Translations under genes and position numbers: made by a program
The notes under the pieces: generated by a model
Told to the model about the DNA's origin: nothing
What the model saw: the letters and a program-made list of their open reading frames with translations, nothing else
Database searches by the model: none
Shown: positions 39,116-49,831 of the stretch, piece by piece
Layout of the letters: each line of letters opens with the position of its first letter
Position numbering within the stretch: position 1 is the stretch's first letter
Source of the DNA: Leptolyngbyaceae cyanobacterium
GTDB taxonomy: Bacteria; Cyanobacteriota; Cyanobacteriia; Phormidesmidales; Phormidesmidaceae
Length of the DNA stretch: 64,000 nt
Direction: 5' to 3'
NCBI GenBank assembly: GCA_965263355.1
Contig: CBDHHL010000032.1
Span: forward strand, 320,001 to 384,000

Positions 39116-40411
39116 ATGTTATCTAGAGCGGTCTCTAAATGGATAACGCGCTGGGGCTGTCTGGCGCTGTTTAGCTTTTTTATCAATATTTCGATTACCA
39201 GTTGTTTGGCTCCTGTGCGATCGCAGGCAGTATTTGAATTGCCTACACAGCTACCCCCTACGATTACAATTGCGACGGCAGCTTCAAGAGTTGACCGTCC
39301 TTTTTTTGAAACCACCTGGCAACGTTATCGCGATCGCTTTATTCAAGCCGATGGTCGGGTCATCGACTGGGAAAACGACGATCAACGCACTACATCCGAA
39401 GGTCAGGCCTATGCCATGTTGCGCGCCCTACTGATCGATGATCGTGAAACCTTTGACCGAGTCTTGACCTGGGGAGAAGAGAATCTAGCGCGACGCGATG
39501 ATGATGGTAACTTACTCGACCATCTTTGGGCCTGGAAATGGGGACCTGATGGGGCACCAGGAGACGCCAAACAGTGGGGGATTTTAGATAAAAACTTTGC
39601 CACCGATGCTGATATTGATGCCGCCACGGCTTTGATTATGGCGGCCCGTCGTTGGCAAAAGCCCGCGTATTTCAACCTTGCCAAAATTAAACTCATTGAT
39701 ATCTGGGAGTTTTCTACGGCCGATATTTCCTTAAAAGACGACCTATCGGGCCGCTATTTGTTACCTGGCCCTGTTGACGCCTTTCATCCATCCCCAGAGA
39801 CCTGGTACCTAAATCCGTCCTATGTCGCTCCCTATGCGTTTCGTCTATTTGCGCAAGTCGACGAGCCACAGCGAGATTGGCTGGAGCTTGTCCATACCGG
39901 CTACAGAATGCTGGAGCAGAGTACCCAAATCTCCGAACTAGGATTACCCAGTGATTGGTTTTTGTTGCATAGCGAGGCTCCCCACTACAGAAAATTGCCA
40001 GTCACAGCCCCGCTTAAAAGTATCTATGGCTTTGACGCCTATCGAGTATGGTGGCGTGTTGCTCTTGACTTGACTTGGTTTAAGTCTCCTCCAGCAGGCC
40101 ACTATTTGAGCAATCATCTCCCAGCTTTGTTAGCGCTTTGGAAACAATCTCAACAGTTACCAGCGCAGATTGATTTAGCAGGTGAAGCTATGGTGGATTA
40201 CGGGGCAACGTCTCAATATGCCATGGTTTACCAGGCAGCTCGTCATCTAGAGGCTGACGTAGCCGCGTCTATCCGAGAAAATAAGCTTATGCTGGCAGAC
40301 CCAAATGATTTCTGGGACGGAGATTCTGCTTATTACACCCAGAATTTGGCTTGGTTGGGTTTATATCCGCCAGAGTGGGTGCCCACCCATTGGTTGAGCG
40401 CAGCTCTGTAA
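39116..40411 (+). CDS. glycoside hydrolase family 8 endoglucanase (BcsZ-like)
   Basis: TTSEGQAYAM, WAWKWG, NFATDAD, LNPSY, GFDAYRVWW. Confidence 0.92.
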   Translation: MLSRAVSKWITRWGCLALFSFFINISITSCLAPVRSQAVFELPTQLPPTITIATAASRVDRPFFETTWQRYRDRFIQADGRVIDWENDDQRTTSEGQAYAMLRALLIDDRETFDRVLTWGEENLARRDDDGNLLDHLWAWKWGPDGAPGDAKQWGILDKNFATDADIDAATALIMAARRWQKPAYFNLAKIKLIDIWEFSTADISLKDDLSGRYLLPGPVDAFHPSPETWYLNPSYVAPYAFRLFAQVDEPQRDWLELVHTGYRMLEQSTQISELGLPSDWFLLHSEAPHYRKLPVTAPLKSIYGFDAYRVWWRVALDLTWFKSPPAGHYLSNHLPALLALWKQSQQLPAQIDLAGEAMVDYGATSQYAMVYQAARHLEADVAASIRENKLMLADPNDFWDGDSAYYTQNLAWLGLYPPEWVPTHWLSAAL

Positions 40412-40432
40412 AACCTGGGCTGTGAAATCCTT

Positions 40433-40972
40433 TTAAGAAGGTTTGAGTAACTCCACCGTATCCTTGGCATCTAGGGGGGCAATCTGCACATTAACAAGTT
40501 CTTCTCGGGCAGTGGGCAGTAATTTACCAATAAAGTCAGGATGAATCGGTAATTGGCGATGGCCTCGGTCGATCAGCACGGCCAGACGAATTAAGTCAGG
40601 GCGTCCATAGTCAAGCACCGCGTTGAGGGCTGCTCGGATAGTCCGACCACTAAAAATTACATCGTCCACTAAGACCACCTTTTTTCCGGTTAGGTCACAG
40701 GGGAGTTCACTTTTGGCTGGGGTGCGGGTGCTAATTTTATCGAGGTCATCTCGGTAAAAGGTAATGTCAAGGGCTCCTACTGGCACCCTAATGCCTTCTA
40801 GCCGTTCCATTTGCTGGGCAATGGTATGGGCCAAAGGCACACCACGCGTATGAATGCCAACCAGGACTAGATCGGCTAAGTGGTCGGTGCGTTCAATAAT
40901 TTCAGAGGCCAACCGGTTTAAGGTACGGCGAATTGCCTCTGCAGAGAGAATTTCAACTACCTGATCGGCCAT
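40433..40972 (-). CDS. pyrR: bifunctional pyr operon regulator / uracil phosphoribosyltransferase
   Basis: [40 protein letters not shown]. Confidence 0.96.
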   Translation of the reverse strand: MADQVVEILSAEAIRRTLNRLASEIIERTDHLADLVLVGIHTRGVPLAHTIAQQMERLEGIRVPVGALDITFYRDDLDKISTRTPAKSELPCDLTGKKVVLVDDVIFSGRTIRAALNAVLDYGRPDLIRLAVLIDRGHRQLPIHPDFIGKLLPTAREELVNVQIAPLDAKDTVELLKPS

Positions 40973-41033
40973 GGTTAAGGCTATAAATAAAGGGATTTAA
41001 TAACCATAACGAAGACTCAATACCTAGCAAGAT

Positions 41034-41465
41034 CTAAACCATAAAGTTTGTGTTTTCTCCCTGGGCAGCTTGCCAGCTACGGGCATCGTAATAGAGTTCT
41101 TCTAAAGAAATCTTGTAAAGGGTTTCCCGTAGGTTTTCCTGGAGTCGTCGCCATAGGGTAAGGGTGACCCAATCCTCAGCTTTCTCGGGAGATACTAGCT
41201 CTAATAGGGTGATGGGTTCTCCGACAGCATCCAGAATTTGGCCTAGATAAATTTGGTTGGGAGCTTTGGCTAGGCGATAGCCTCCCCGTGATCCTCGAAC
41301 CGATTCAACTAAACCTGCACGACGTAGCTGAATAAGTAATTTTTCTAGATAGGGAGCCGGTAGATTTTGGCGTTGGGCAATCAGTTTGACTGATGCTAAA
41401 TCAGGCTGCAAACTCAGATCAAGCATGGCTTTTACACTATAGTGTCCGCGAGTTGTAAGTTTCAT
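41034..41465 (-). CDS. Rrf2-family transcriptional regulator
   Basis: MKLTTRGHYSVKAMLDL, YLEKLL, VESVRGSRGGY. Confidence 0.93.
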   Translation of the reverse strand: MKLTTRGHYSVKAMLDLSLQPDLASVKLIAQRQNLPAPYLEKLLIQLRRAGLVESVRGSRGGYRLAKAPNQIYLGQILDAVGEPITLLELVSPEKAEDWVTLTLWRRLQENLRETLYKISLEELYYDARSWQAAQGENTNFMV

Positions 41466-41722
41466 AGTTGGGGCCGATACTCAGTTAAGTTTTAGGTTTA
41501 GAAACGGCCTAAGGTCAATAGAATATATGGGGGAGAATCAGGGGAAAGTTAACATAAGAAGCCTCCATATTGATTCGACTTCAAAGAAATTACTAGCTAA
41601 ATCAACTCTTAATATAATTATCAAGAAATAAATTCAAACAGTGTGCAAAAACGTATTTGAATCATGTATGATTCTGCTCGTTATATGTTTTCTAAACGTG
41701 TTCGTGTTAGAGATGTGGGTGA

Positions 41723-42124
41723 ATGGCTAAACCGTCAAATTCAAATCCATTAACTGGTAAGACATTACTTAAGAAAGTCAAAGACTTAGAGCATCTCTCT
41801 AGAGAGGAAAAGGCTAAAGCCTGTGGCTATTACACGGTGACAAAGAACGATGTTGTCCGGGTGAATATGATGAAATTTATGAATGCGCTGATTGATGCCG
41901 AAGGCATTCAATTAGACAGTATTCAAACAGGTAATGGTCGTGGTGGGCGGAGTGCCAGTTATCGAATTACGGTGCAGTCTAACGGTAATTTATTAATCGG
42001 AGCTGCCTACACAAAGCAGATGGGTTTAAAGCCTGGGGATGAGTTTGAAATTTCTTTAGGTCGTAAGCATATTCGCTTGAAGCAGCTTAATGTTGATGAT
42101 GATGATGACGATACTGACGAATAA
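41723..42124 (+). CDS. cyanobacterial AbrB-like transcriptional regulator (cyAbrB)
   Basis: LTGKTLLKKVK, KAKACGYY, GRSASYRITVQSNGNLLIGAAYT. Confidence 0.95.
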   Translation: MAKPSNSNPLTGKTLLKKVKDLEHLSREEKAKACGYYTVTKNDVVRVNMMKFMNALIDAEGIQLDSIQTGNGRGGRSASYRITVQSNGNLLIGAAYTKQMGLKPGDEFEISLGRKHIRLKQLNVDDDDDDTDE

Positions 42125-42182
42125 ATGGCAGTATCGCATCATTGTTAGTTAGCTGAATTCTTAGCTTTAATTCAGAAAAATT

Positions 42183-43676
42183 ATGGGGTTGCCAGTAGTT
42201 TTAGATGTTGCCTTAGGGTTGATATTTGTTTACATGGCTCTAGGCTTGATTGCTAGTGAGGTGCAGGAAATTATTAGCACGATGCTGCAATGGCGAGCTG
42301 AGCATCTTAAGTATTCAATTGAACAGCTGTTGGCAGGTGGGGACTCTGCTGATCGTCGGATTGCTAGCAGGTTAGCTGATCAGCTTTATAACAGTCCTAT
42401 GGTGCGTGATTTGAATTACGAAGCCCAAGGGATAATTGCTCGCTCAGCTCGGCAGATACTTCATGTGATTGGTCGTGCCTATCGAATTTTGAGTCGTACT
42501 CGTAATATATTTGGTAGCCAAACCTCTGGTCCTTCCTATATTCCGTCTGATGCGTTTGCGACGACATTAATAGATACGTTGCAGTTGGAAGGATTGCAAA
42601 AGTCAGTGGTTGAGGCTCGACTCAAGCGGTTGCTACAGGAGCGAATTATGCTACCGCTTGGGGATACGTTGCATACCCTGCGAGCAGCTGTTGGTGATGG
42701 AGCCCTACTTGATGCAGAGTTGCGTAATTTGGAAGCTTCCTTAGAAAAAATATTTATCGATTATCGAACCGGTCGCACGGGACTTGCTCAAATTGCTGAT
42801 CGGGTGCTGGCAGAATTAGATCACTTTGCCGATCAGGGGGCTCAGCTCTTACCTGAAAGCTATGGTGCAACTCAGGCGTTTCTGCGGCGATTGAGTTATT
42901 TGCGATCGCAAATAGCTGGTGGTATGGACATGACAGAAGGGTTAGTTCGACAACTACAGCCCACCCTAAAGGAATTACTGTCCCTACTCACCAACTCAAG
43001 TGACCAACAAAACGAATCCTATACCAGCGAACTTGCCTATATTCGTAAAGTCCTGGATGGTAAGTTACCGCTGCGACTACAGGAAAGTCTTAGCATATTA
43101 GCTGAACGAGTTAGCCATCGTACCAATGCCACAGAAGACCAGCTCAAAATGTTTCAGCAGGAATTAGAACATTGGTATGACCGAGGCATGGATCGAGCGT
43201 CTGGTGTATATCGCCGTAACTCAAAAATAGTTGCCATCTTAATTGGTGTAGTAATTGCTGCCGCAGTCAATGCCGATACCTTTTACATTGCTAATCGGTT
43301 AACTGTGGATCAAGCTGTGCGTAGTAGCGTTATCCAAACGGTTAACCAGGCATCGCTAGAAACACTGTCTTCCCCCTCCAACGATACTGGGGCGTTGAGC
43401 AATGATCTCCAATCCCTCGGTGCCGCAGTACAAACTACCTTGTCAGATTATGCGCTGCCCATAGGTCGTTCCCCAAAACTGCTCGCTACTCAAGCTGTTT
43501 TAGAAGCCGATTGGCCCTTCCCAATACCACGGCACTGGCTAGGGTGGATTGTAACGGGGGTAGCTGTTTCCATGGGATCTAACTTCTGGTTCGATGCCCT
43601 CCATCGAGTAACGTCAGTACGCTCAGCCGGTGCAAAACCTTCTAGTTCAACCGCTACTACGTCTGAGCGTCCATAA
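42183..43676 (+). CDS. conserved hypothetical membrane protein
   Basis: Long ORF, N- and C-terminal TM segments, SGPSYIPS, MDRASGVYRRN, MGSNFWFD motifs. Confidence 0.75.
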   Translation: MGLPVVLDVALGLIFVYMALGLIASEVQEIISTMLQWRAEHLKYSIEQLLAGGDSADRRIASRLADQLYNSPMVRDLNYEAQGIIARSARQILHVIGRAYRILSRTRNIFGSQTSGPSYIPSDAFATTLIDTLQLEGLQKSVVEARLKRLLQERIMLPLGDTLHTLRAAVGDGALLDAELRNLEASLEKIFIDYRTGRTGLAQIADRVLAELDHFADQGAQLLPESYGATQAFLRRLSYLRSQIAGGMDMTEGLVRQLQPTLKELLSLLTNSSDQQNESYTSELAYIRKVLDGKLPLRLQESLSILAERVSHRTNATEDQLKMFQQELEHWYDRGMDRASGVYRRNSKIVAILIGVVIAAAVNADTFYIANRLTVDQAVRSSVIQTVNQASLETLSSPSNDTGALSNDLQSLGAAVQTTLSDYALPIGRSPKLLATQAVLEADWPFPIPRHWLGWIVTGVAVSMGSNFWFDALHRVTSVRSAGAKPSSSTATTSERP

Positions 43677-44973
43677 TAGGCAACCAGACGATGAATACCG
43701 TGCCCTTATCCTGTTGTGGTGATAGGTGCTGTTGCAAGGGTATGGGTAGCCATGGCAAGGATGATTTCTTAGACCAAATGGGACTCACTAACTCAATAGT
43801 GCCTCCCATATGGCTAACTAGATCTTTAACAATAGCCAAGCCTAGACCTGTACCAGCAATTGTTCCTTGAGCTTGCACCCCGCGGTAATGCCGCTCAAAT
43901 AAATGGGGTTGATCCTCAATGGGAATGCCTGGACCGCTATCACCAACAACCAAACCTAAATAGTCATCTTTGCGTAAGCCAACCAAAAGCCAGACCCATG
44001 CTTCGGTTGGTGCATACTTGAATGCATTATCTAGCAGATTAGCAATGATTTCCTGTAATGCCTGGGCATCGATAGCAACTAATTCCTTGGGAAAATTTTC
44101 GATGGGTGAATGCCAAAACTGTCGATTTCGTTCGCTAGCTGCTGCAACGGTAACGGTAATTAGCGGTTGAACTACATCCCTTAATAACAAAGGAGTGGGT
44201 GCCAAGGAGCGCCCTAATGCTGGTAGCAGTGGTTTTTCAACAGTGTCGCTATTTTCTGGCAGTAGTAAGGGCGGATTCACCTCTTGAGCAATGTCCGCAT
44301 CTCCAATATCAACAGCTGCATCAAAATCAATCACCAGTTCCTTTAGATGCTGGCTTTCACGCACAATACCATCGGCTAGACGATAGTTGGGGTCATCCTG
44401 AGCAAGACGCCGCAGCATGAGTTTTCCAAACGTACCAATAGCTGTTAAAGGATTACGAAACTGATGTAATAGATTATGGAAAACTTCCGATTGTTCTCCC
44501 TGTAAAGTCTGTTTAGCGTTGAGGCGCTGTCGTAACCATTGATTTTGCCGATCTAAAAAGCAACCAGCTGCCAGACTTGTCGACACGGTTTGTAGATACT
44601 GCTGTTCACTAGCTTCCCAAGGCCGATCTGAGCGCAGCATAACTAGAACACCCATGACCATTTCCTGGTGTATTAATGGCAACACTAGTCTTTCTACGCC
44701 TATTTCTGGATTGGGCTGTTCGATATCAGCTAATTTTCCCGATGATATCGGGGGGAAATCGGATGCAGGTAAGGCAAACTGATTGTTTATTGGCTCAAAT
44801 AAGTCCTTGAAATCATCAGTTTCAGGAACCTGCGCTATGGGAACTAAAATTGGCTCAGATTTTTCATCTACGCCCAAGGTGAGATAAATAACAGATGACA
44901 CCTCGCCAAACGTACGGCGCAATAATTCCAGGTGAGTCTGACATATATCTACTAATTCGGCACTGGCGGGCAT
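43657..44973 (-). CDS. hik2: GAF-domain sensor histidine kinase, Hik2/CSK-like
   Basis: MPASAELVDIC N-terminus, LLHQFRNPLTA H-box, FERHYRGVQAQG, GTGLGL. Confidence 0.8.
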   Translation of the reverse strand: MPASAELVDICQTHLELLRRTFGEVSSVIYLTLGVDEKSEPILVPIAQVPETDDFKDLFEPINNQFALPASDFPPISSGKLADIEQPNPEIGVERLVLPLIHQEMVMGVLVMLRSDRPWEASEQQYLQTVSTSLAAGCFLDRQNQWLRQRLNAKQTLQGEQSEVFHNLLHQFRNPLTAIGTFGKLMLRRLAQDDPNYRLADGIVRESQHLKELVIDFDAAVDIGDADIAQEVNPPLLLPENSDTVEKPLLPALGRSLAPTPLLLRDVVQPLITVTVAAASERNRQFWHSPIENFPKELVAIDAQALQEIIANLLDNAFKYAPTEAWVWLLVGLRKDDYLGLVVGDSGPGIPIEDQPHLFERHYRGVQAQGTIAGTGLGLAIVKDLVSHMGGTIELVSPIWSKKSSLPWLPIPLQQHLSPQQDKGTVFIVWLPIMDAQT

Positions 44974-45261
44974 GATCTTGCCTGGAGTCGGTCAATGAAG
45001 AATTGTCTAAGGTATTTTCCTAATCCGGATAAATTTATTTAAACTTTAACTTTTATCAAGATAACCAGAAATATTACAGCGGGTCGTGCTGCCTCCAATT
45101 TTTAAGACGGTAGTTATCAGCACACTTTCAGCGGATACCCCACAATTTTAAAAGAAGTTGAAAATCTAAGGCACAACCGATATACTTTGCTGGGTTAAGT
45201 GTTTTTGTAACTATCAATACACGAATCCACTACTCACACTATCCATGGGAGGTCAAGCAAC

Positions 45262-45567
45262 TTGGCACGGAGACGCAAGCGTAAAAGCCGTCGTCGCCTC
45301 GAAGGGCGTCGTATTTTAGAATCAGTTCCTCAGTACAGTATCGAGAGTGGAGAAGCTAAGCCTGTCACAGCGGCCCGCAACTTTATCCACTCTGAAGGTA
45401 TTCAACCACCTGCTGTTTTGCTGGTTAAACGTAATGAGCATACCACCGACCGGTACTTTTGGGCAGAAAAGGGATTATTTGGTGCTCAGTATGTTGAAGA
45501 GAACCATTTCTTATTCCCTAGTCTTCGCGCTTTGATTGGTGAAGAAGAGGAAGCCGTTCTTGGCTAG
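45262..45567 (+). CDS. DUF3155 family protein
   Basis: MARRRKRKSRRR..KPVTAARNFI..RNEHTTDRYFWAEKGLFGAQY. Confidence 0.9.
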   Translation: MARRRKRKSRRRLEGRRILESVPQYSIESGEAKPVTAARNFIHSEGIQPPAVLLVKRNEHTTDRYFWAEKGLFGAQYVEENHFLFPSLRALIGEEEEAVLG

Positions 45568-45631
45568 ATAAGGAAGGTGAAGTGCATAGCTAGCACTTCA
45601 CCAGTTCAAACAAAACCTATAAAAGATTACC

Positions 45632-45662
45632 AGGGAGGTGTAACATTTGTGCCTCCCTTTTT
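45632..45662 (+). terminator. rho-independent terminator
   Basis: AGGGAGG..CCTCCCT + T-run. Confidence 0.6.
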
Positions 45663-45755
45663 GGCAGTATTTTTGCCCGTGTCCCACACAGGTTGATGTA
45701 TCAAGTGTGTGGTCAAGGTGGGCTAGAAGCCGTTTATCATCAGCCTTGTTCAAGA

Positions 45756-46298
45756 CTATGAAGCAGTTTCAAAGAGTGCCTCGGCTTTAAGCTGAATGAT
45801 TTCATCCCGATGACCCCGCACAGTCAATTTGCATCCTTGGACAGTATCATCAATGCGAAAAGCAATTTGTTCCTCCCGCTTAGCCTGTTTCCAATAGGCA
45901 ATAGCTGCCATTGGGGCTAATAAAACCAAGGCAAAGAAAACAGCACCGTAACCACTAAATAAGGTAGCCATTACTAATGCGAAGCACATTAGGGCGATGG
46001 CTGCTAGCGAAGCCAAAAAAATTGCCAGAAAAACACTGGGCCTAACAAAACCAGTTAACTTTACCCAGTTGTCAGTGGCATCAGAGCAGGCTGGTTCTGG
46101 CTTATAGGCACGGTTTTTGAAATAGTCGAGTAGTCTTTGGTGTAGAACATCTGAAGATTGCTTTGTCACAAATTCAGCAACTTCAGTTCGATCTTTGGTA
46201 GCTGCCTTCATAAAAAAAAACAACCCAACTCCTAACAACATCGTTAGGAAAAAGGTTGATTGACTGACTGTACTTTCCACAACAGCTATCCTTAGCAA
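45756..46298 (-). CDS. cofactor assembly of complex C subunit B (Ccb1-like)
   Basis: STFFLT..GLFFFMKAATKDR, GFVRPSVFLAIFL, GHRDE. Confidence 0.85.
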   Translation of the reverse strand: MLRIAVVESTVSQSTFFLTMLLGVGLFFFMKAATKDRTEVAEFVTKQSSDVLHQRLLDYFKNRAYKPEPACSDATDNWVKLTGFVRPSVFLAIFLASLAAIALMCFALVMATLFSGYGAVFFALVLLAPMAAIAYWKQAKREEQIAFRIDDTVQGCKLTVRGHRDEIIQLKAEALFETAS

Positions 46299-46410
46299 AC
46301 TAAAACAACAACTACTTAAGCCATCCTGACTATACCTCAGGAATTGCTCAGTAGCTGTTGCTTATGTGTTTGAGGAATCAGATGCTGCTGCTCGAAAATT
46401 ATTTTAAAAA

Positions 46411-46788
46411 TTACGAACTTATGGCTCGACGTCTAGGCGTAGTATTACGCTGACCAAGGATGTAGCGTTGCCAAAGTTCTGCTAGCTCCCGTGCCTTTGT
46501 TTGCCAATCAGGACGTAAGCGATACATTCGACGAGGACGACCACGCCCCTCTACCTTTTTCCAATACCCCATAATGGCACCCTGATTCTCTAAGAATTTG
46601 AGCGCACTGTAAAGGACGGTATCTGACAAACGATAGTCAGGATACTCATTCTCAATCGCATGGATGAGTTCAGTGCCGTAGGAATCGCGGCGTATAAGTA
46701 CCGAAAGAACATAACAAACCGCTAACTCTTTGTTGAGGTAGAGAGGCGGGGGATCTTCAAAAAATTGATAAATGTCTTCGAATTTCAT
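46411..46788 (-). CDS. pex: PadR-family regulator, Pex (period extender)-like
   Basis: MKFEDIYQFF, LNKELAVCYVL, SYGTELI, LSDTVLYSAL, VEGRGRPRRMY. Confidence 0.85.
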   Translation of the reverse strand: MKFEDIYQFFEDPPPLYLNKELAVCYVLSVLIRRDSYGTELIHAIENEYPDYRLSDTVLYSALKFLENQGAIMGYWKKVEGRGRPRRMYRLRPDWQTKARELAELWQRYILGQRNTTPRRRAISS

Positions 46789-47249
46789 GGCGTATTGCTC
46801 CGGCTGCAATAGGGATGGGTTTAAAACAGCTTAATTACCGATGATTTATGGATGGAGCATTTATTATCTTAAGTTTCACTTAATGGAAGTATATATTGTT
46901 CTTTAAATACCTTTAACCTGTGAAGCTCAGTTGTTAATACTGCTTGTTTAGTAAGAGGACATCAACAAAGAGTAGCTTTTCAAGCTAAGCACAAATATCA
47001 ATTGTTGATGGTGTTGTCCTCAAAACTTACATAAAGATTACAGTTCACTGCCCTCACATTGGTATTTCGACAAAAGATTTTATTAAAAAAGCCAAGCTTT
47101 ATTCTAGACGCTAAAAAATACTTCGTGGAAGTGCCGCCTTATATAGTTACTATCCGCAAACAAAATATAGAATTGCTTGAGCTTTGATAATAATTTCATT
47201 ATTTGTTAAACCCTTTGCTTAAGTTCAAGCATCCATATCTGAGCTTTGC

Positions 47250-48650
47250 TCATGGCTCATCTTTGGATGAAGTGGGCTCAACGATCTGGGTTTGAAATAG
47301 ACGTTGACCGTTACGAATAGCGACGAGTTCTAAATCTAAAGGACCTGTAGTAAAAATTTGTTTGCCTGCCACGGCTTCAATGTCTAAGGGGGCACCGTAG
47401 TTTTGCACCTGGTTCAGGAAGTCGATCACAGGCTCACTAAAACCGCCTGCTACTCTAGGATTGTCAACGATGATAATGCCTTCTAGGCTGGCTCTAATCT
47501 GTGCCGTGGTCACCAGGGTTCGTAAGGTTTCCACTAGGGAGGGAGTGCTAGGGTAGGCACTCTCAATAGGAACACGGGCTAAGGTTTCTCCCTGCTCAAA
47601 AATAATGCGATTTAATTTTGCTTGCAAAGAAATTTCTACGCAGGGGGGCTCCTCCTGTTGCACAACACAGGGCTCACCGACGACATAGTTCCCGGAGACA
47701 CCGACTCGGATGACATACTGTTGGCCATCTGTAATATTTCTGGCGGTGTCCCTAACGATTTGGGGATTAATCTGCAAAATTTGGAGAGCTTTATTGGGGG
47801 CATCGGGCCAAATTGCGTTTAGTGCTAACCGGTTGGCTTCAGATAGGAGCCGCTCAATTTCAGCGGTTGCAGCGGTGATCGATTGGGGGCGCGTGATTAA
47901 TAGAGCTAAGGTCTGATTCCGGCTAATGGCTACGTTCCCAGCTCGCAATTTAAGAAATTCTGATTCTAGGCGTTGGATTTCGTCTTCTAAAAAAGCTTGC
48001 TCTGTTTTAAGTCGTTCCAAGGCTCCTTCACGCTGGGCAATGGCGCTATCTCGCTGTAATAATTCCTGATCTCGCTGAGCTAGGGAGCGATCACGTTGGG
48101 CAATTTGGCGTTTGACTTCAGCTTGCTGGCGCTGTAGCACCTGCCGATCTTGCTGCAACCGACCGATTTCCCCTTGGAGTTGAGCTGCTTGTTCGGAGAC
48201 AATGACCAACTGATTTTGGGTTTGTCCAAGCCGTTTTCGAATAACGGTTTCACGTTCAGTGGCTTTATCCAAAAACGTGATCACTTCGGTCAATTCACCT
48301 TCGGCATCAATTTTTTGACGAGTGACTCGATTTAGGGCATCCTCTACGTCGGCTTTAGCGGTTTGAGTGGCGTTTAAGGCAGCTCGTGCCGCTGATAAAT
48401 TCGCTTGGGTTTCTTCAAATTCGAAAAGCCCTTTGCGCAATTGTTCACTCGTGATCAGCAATAGGCCCAGGGTTGATGCTGAAATGACACTTCCTGTCAA
48501 AATGCTGACTAGAGTAGCAGTTTGACGAGGGCGTAGGTTGAATAGCGAAAGGCGTGATTTGCCAACGCGCATGCCAATTCGGTCGCCCACTGTGGCAATC
48601 AGGCCACCGAGGACAAGCACGGTCGCAATTAGAATTAGACCAACGTCCAT
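47250..48650 (-). CDS. DUF3084 domain coiled-coil membrane protein
   Basis: GGLIATVGDRIG..RLSLFNLRPRQTA; typical position downstream of ntcA. Confidence 0.88.
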   Translation of the reverse strand: MDVGLILIATVLVLGGLIATVGDRIGMRVGKSRLSLFNLRPRQTATLVSILTGSVISASTLGLLLITSEQLRKGLFEFEETQANLSAARAALNATQTAKADVEDALNRVTRQKIDAEGELTEVITFLDKATERETVIRKRLGQTQNQLVIVSEQAAQLQGEIGRLQQDRQVLQRQQAEVKRQIAQRDRSLAQRDQELLQRDSAIAQREGALERLKTEQAFLEDEIQRLESEFLKLRAGNVAISRNQTLALLITRPQSITAATAEIERLLSEANRLALNAIWPDAPNKALQILQINPQIVRDTARNITDGQQYVIRVGVSGNYVVGEPCVVQQEEPPCVEISLQAKLNRIIFEQGETLARVPIESAYPSTPSLVETLRTLVTTAQIRASLEGIIIVDNPRVAGGFSEPVIDFLNQVQNYGAPLDIEAVAGKQIFTTGPLDLELVAIRNGQRLFQTQIVEPTSSKDEP

Positions 48651-48744
48651 CTAATGTCCATCAAAGGTTGCAGCAGCACCTGAGCAGGCTCTCGTATAGG
48701 TTACTTGATTGTTTGCCAATGTGGTGATTACAAAGATGATAAGC

Positions 48745-49446
48745 CTAGGCAAACTGCTGGCTAAGGGCAACGGGATCGTGAACGGTTATCTTCTTTTTGT
48801 GAATGGATATCATCGTATCCTGACGCAGATCTCCAAGTAGCCGAGTCACAGTCACCCTGGTTGAGCCAATTGCCTCAGCAATTGCCTGATGGGATAACTT
48901 TAAGTCGATGGTGATGCCGCTACTACTGGGAACTCCAAAATCACGACAGAGAATAAGCAGAAAGCTCACAAGGCGAGAACCCATATCGCGATGGGCCAAG
49001 GTCTCAATCATCATTTCGGTCTGCAAGATCCGCGAGGATAATCCCTGTAGCAACATAATGGAAAGCTCTGGATGTTCCTCTAATGCCTGCTTTACTTGCT
49101 CAATGGGCATGGACATGAGTTCAACCGGTGTAAAGGCAACCGCATGGTAAAACCGATCGGAGCGATTGCCTGTTAATAGGGAGAGAACTCCGAAAACGCT
49201 ATTTTCCCGTAACAGGGCGACGGTAATTTCTTCACCAGCTTCGTAAACTCTGGAGAGCTTGACTGCACCCTTAAGCAAAAAATAAACCCGCTCAGCCGGA
49301 TCGCCAGGAAAGAAAATCGTCTTACCGCGTTCGTAGGTTTCGGCTACAGGAGGAAATGAGCCTGTGGATAGCTGCCTGAGTAAATTGGCAAGAGGTTTCT
49401 CTGTAGTCACGATAGTTGGGGTGTGCGATCGCAAAGCTATGGCCAA
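48745..49446 (-). CDS. ntcA: global nitrogen regulator NtcA
   Basis: [48 protein letters not shown]; true start may be slightly downstream. Confidence 0.97.
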   Translation of the reverse strand: MAIALRSHTPTIVTTEKPLANLLRQLSTGSFPPVAETYERGKTIFFPGDPAERVYFLLKGAVKLSRVYEAGEEITVALLRENSVFGVLSLLTGNRSDRFYHAVAFTPVELMSMPIEQVKQALEEHPELSIMLLQGLSSRILQTEMMIETLAHRDMGSRLVSFLLILCRDFGVPSSSGITIDLKLSHQAIAEAIGSTRVTVTRLLGDLRQDTMISIHKKKITVHDPVALSQQFA

Positions 49447-49564
49447 GATGTGAACAAGGTTATCTGAGAACTATACGGTCAAACTGAGATTTCAGCATTT
49501 AAACCGGTTAACGGCAACTCAAGCAACCCAAAACTGGGCATATGTCTAGCGAATAGGTACCTCA

Positions 49565-49578
49565 GTAAAAACATTTAC
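49565..49578. promoter_or_regulatory. NtcA box GTA-N8-TAC
   Basis: GTAAAAACATTTAC upstream of ntcA. Confidence 0.5.
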
Positions 49579-49643
49579 TCGTCTTTAATTTAGTAAGGTT
49601 TCTTGACTTTAGACCAATAAAACCCAAGTTTGTCGGAGCTTTT

Positions 49644-49657
49644 GTATCGTGATATAC
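49644..49657. promoter_or_regulatory. NtcA box GTA-N8-TAC
   Basis: GTATCGTGATATAC upstream of ntcA; ntcA autoregulation is established. Confidence 0.7.
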
Positions 49658-49831
49658 CAAATTTTGTTTTCTTGCCAGCTTGCTGGATAACAGATAAGCC
49701 CCCTTAGGCCCTCAACTGAATCGACGGCAAGGCTATTCATGGGGTCCATTTTTCAGTATGCTCCTATGGGCTATTGCAACTGCGTGACCCAAACTAAATT
49801 AATTAATTTTTGATACAGCTCCCATCCAACC

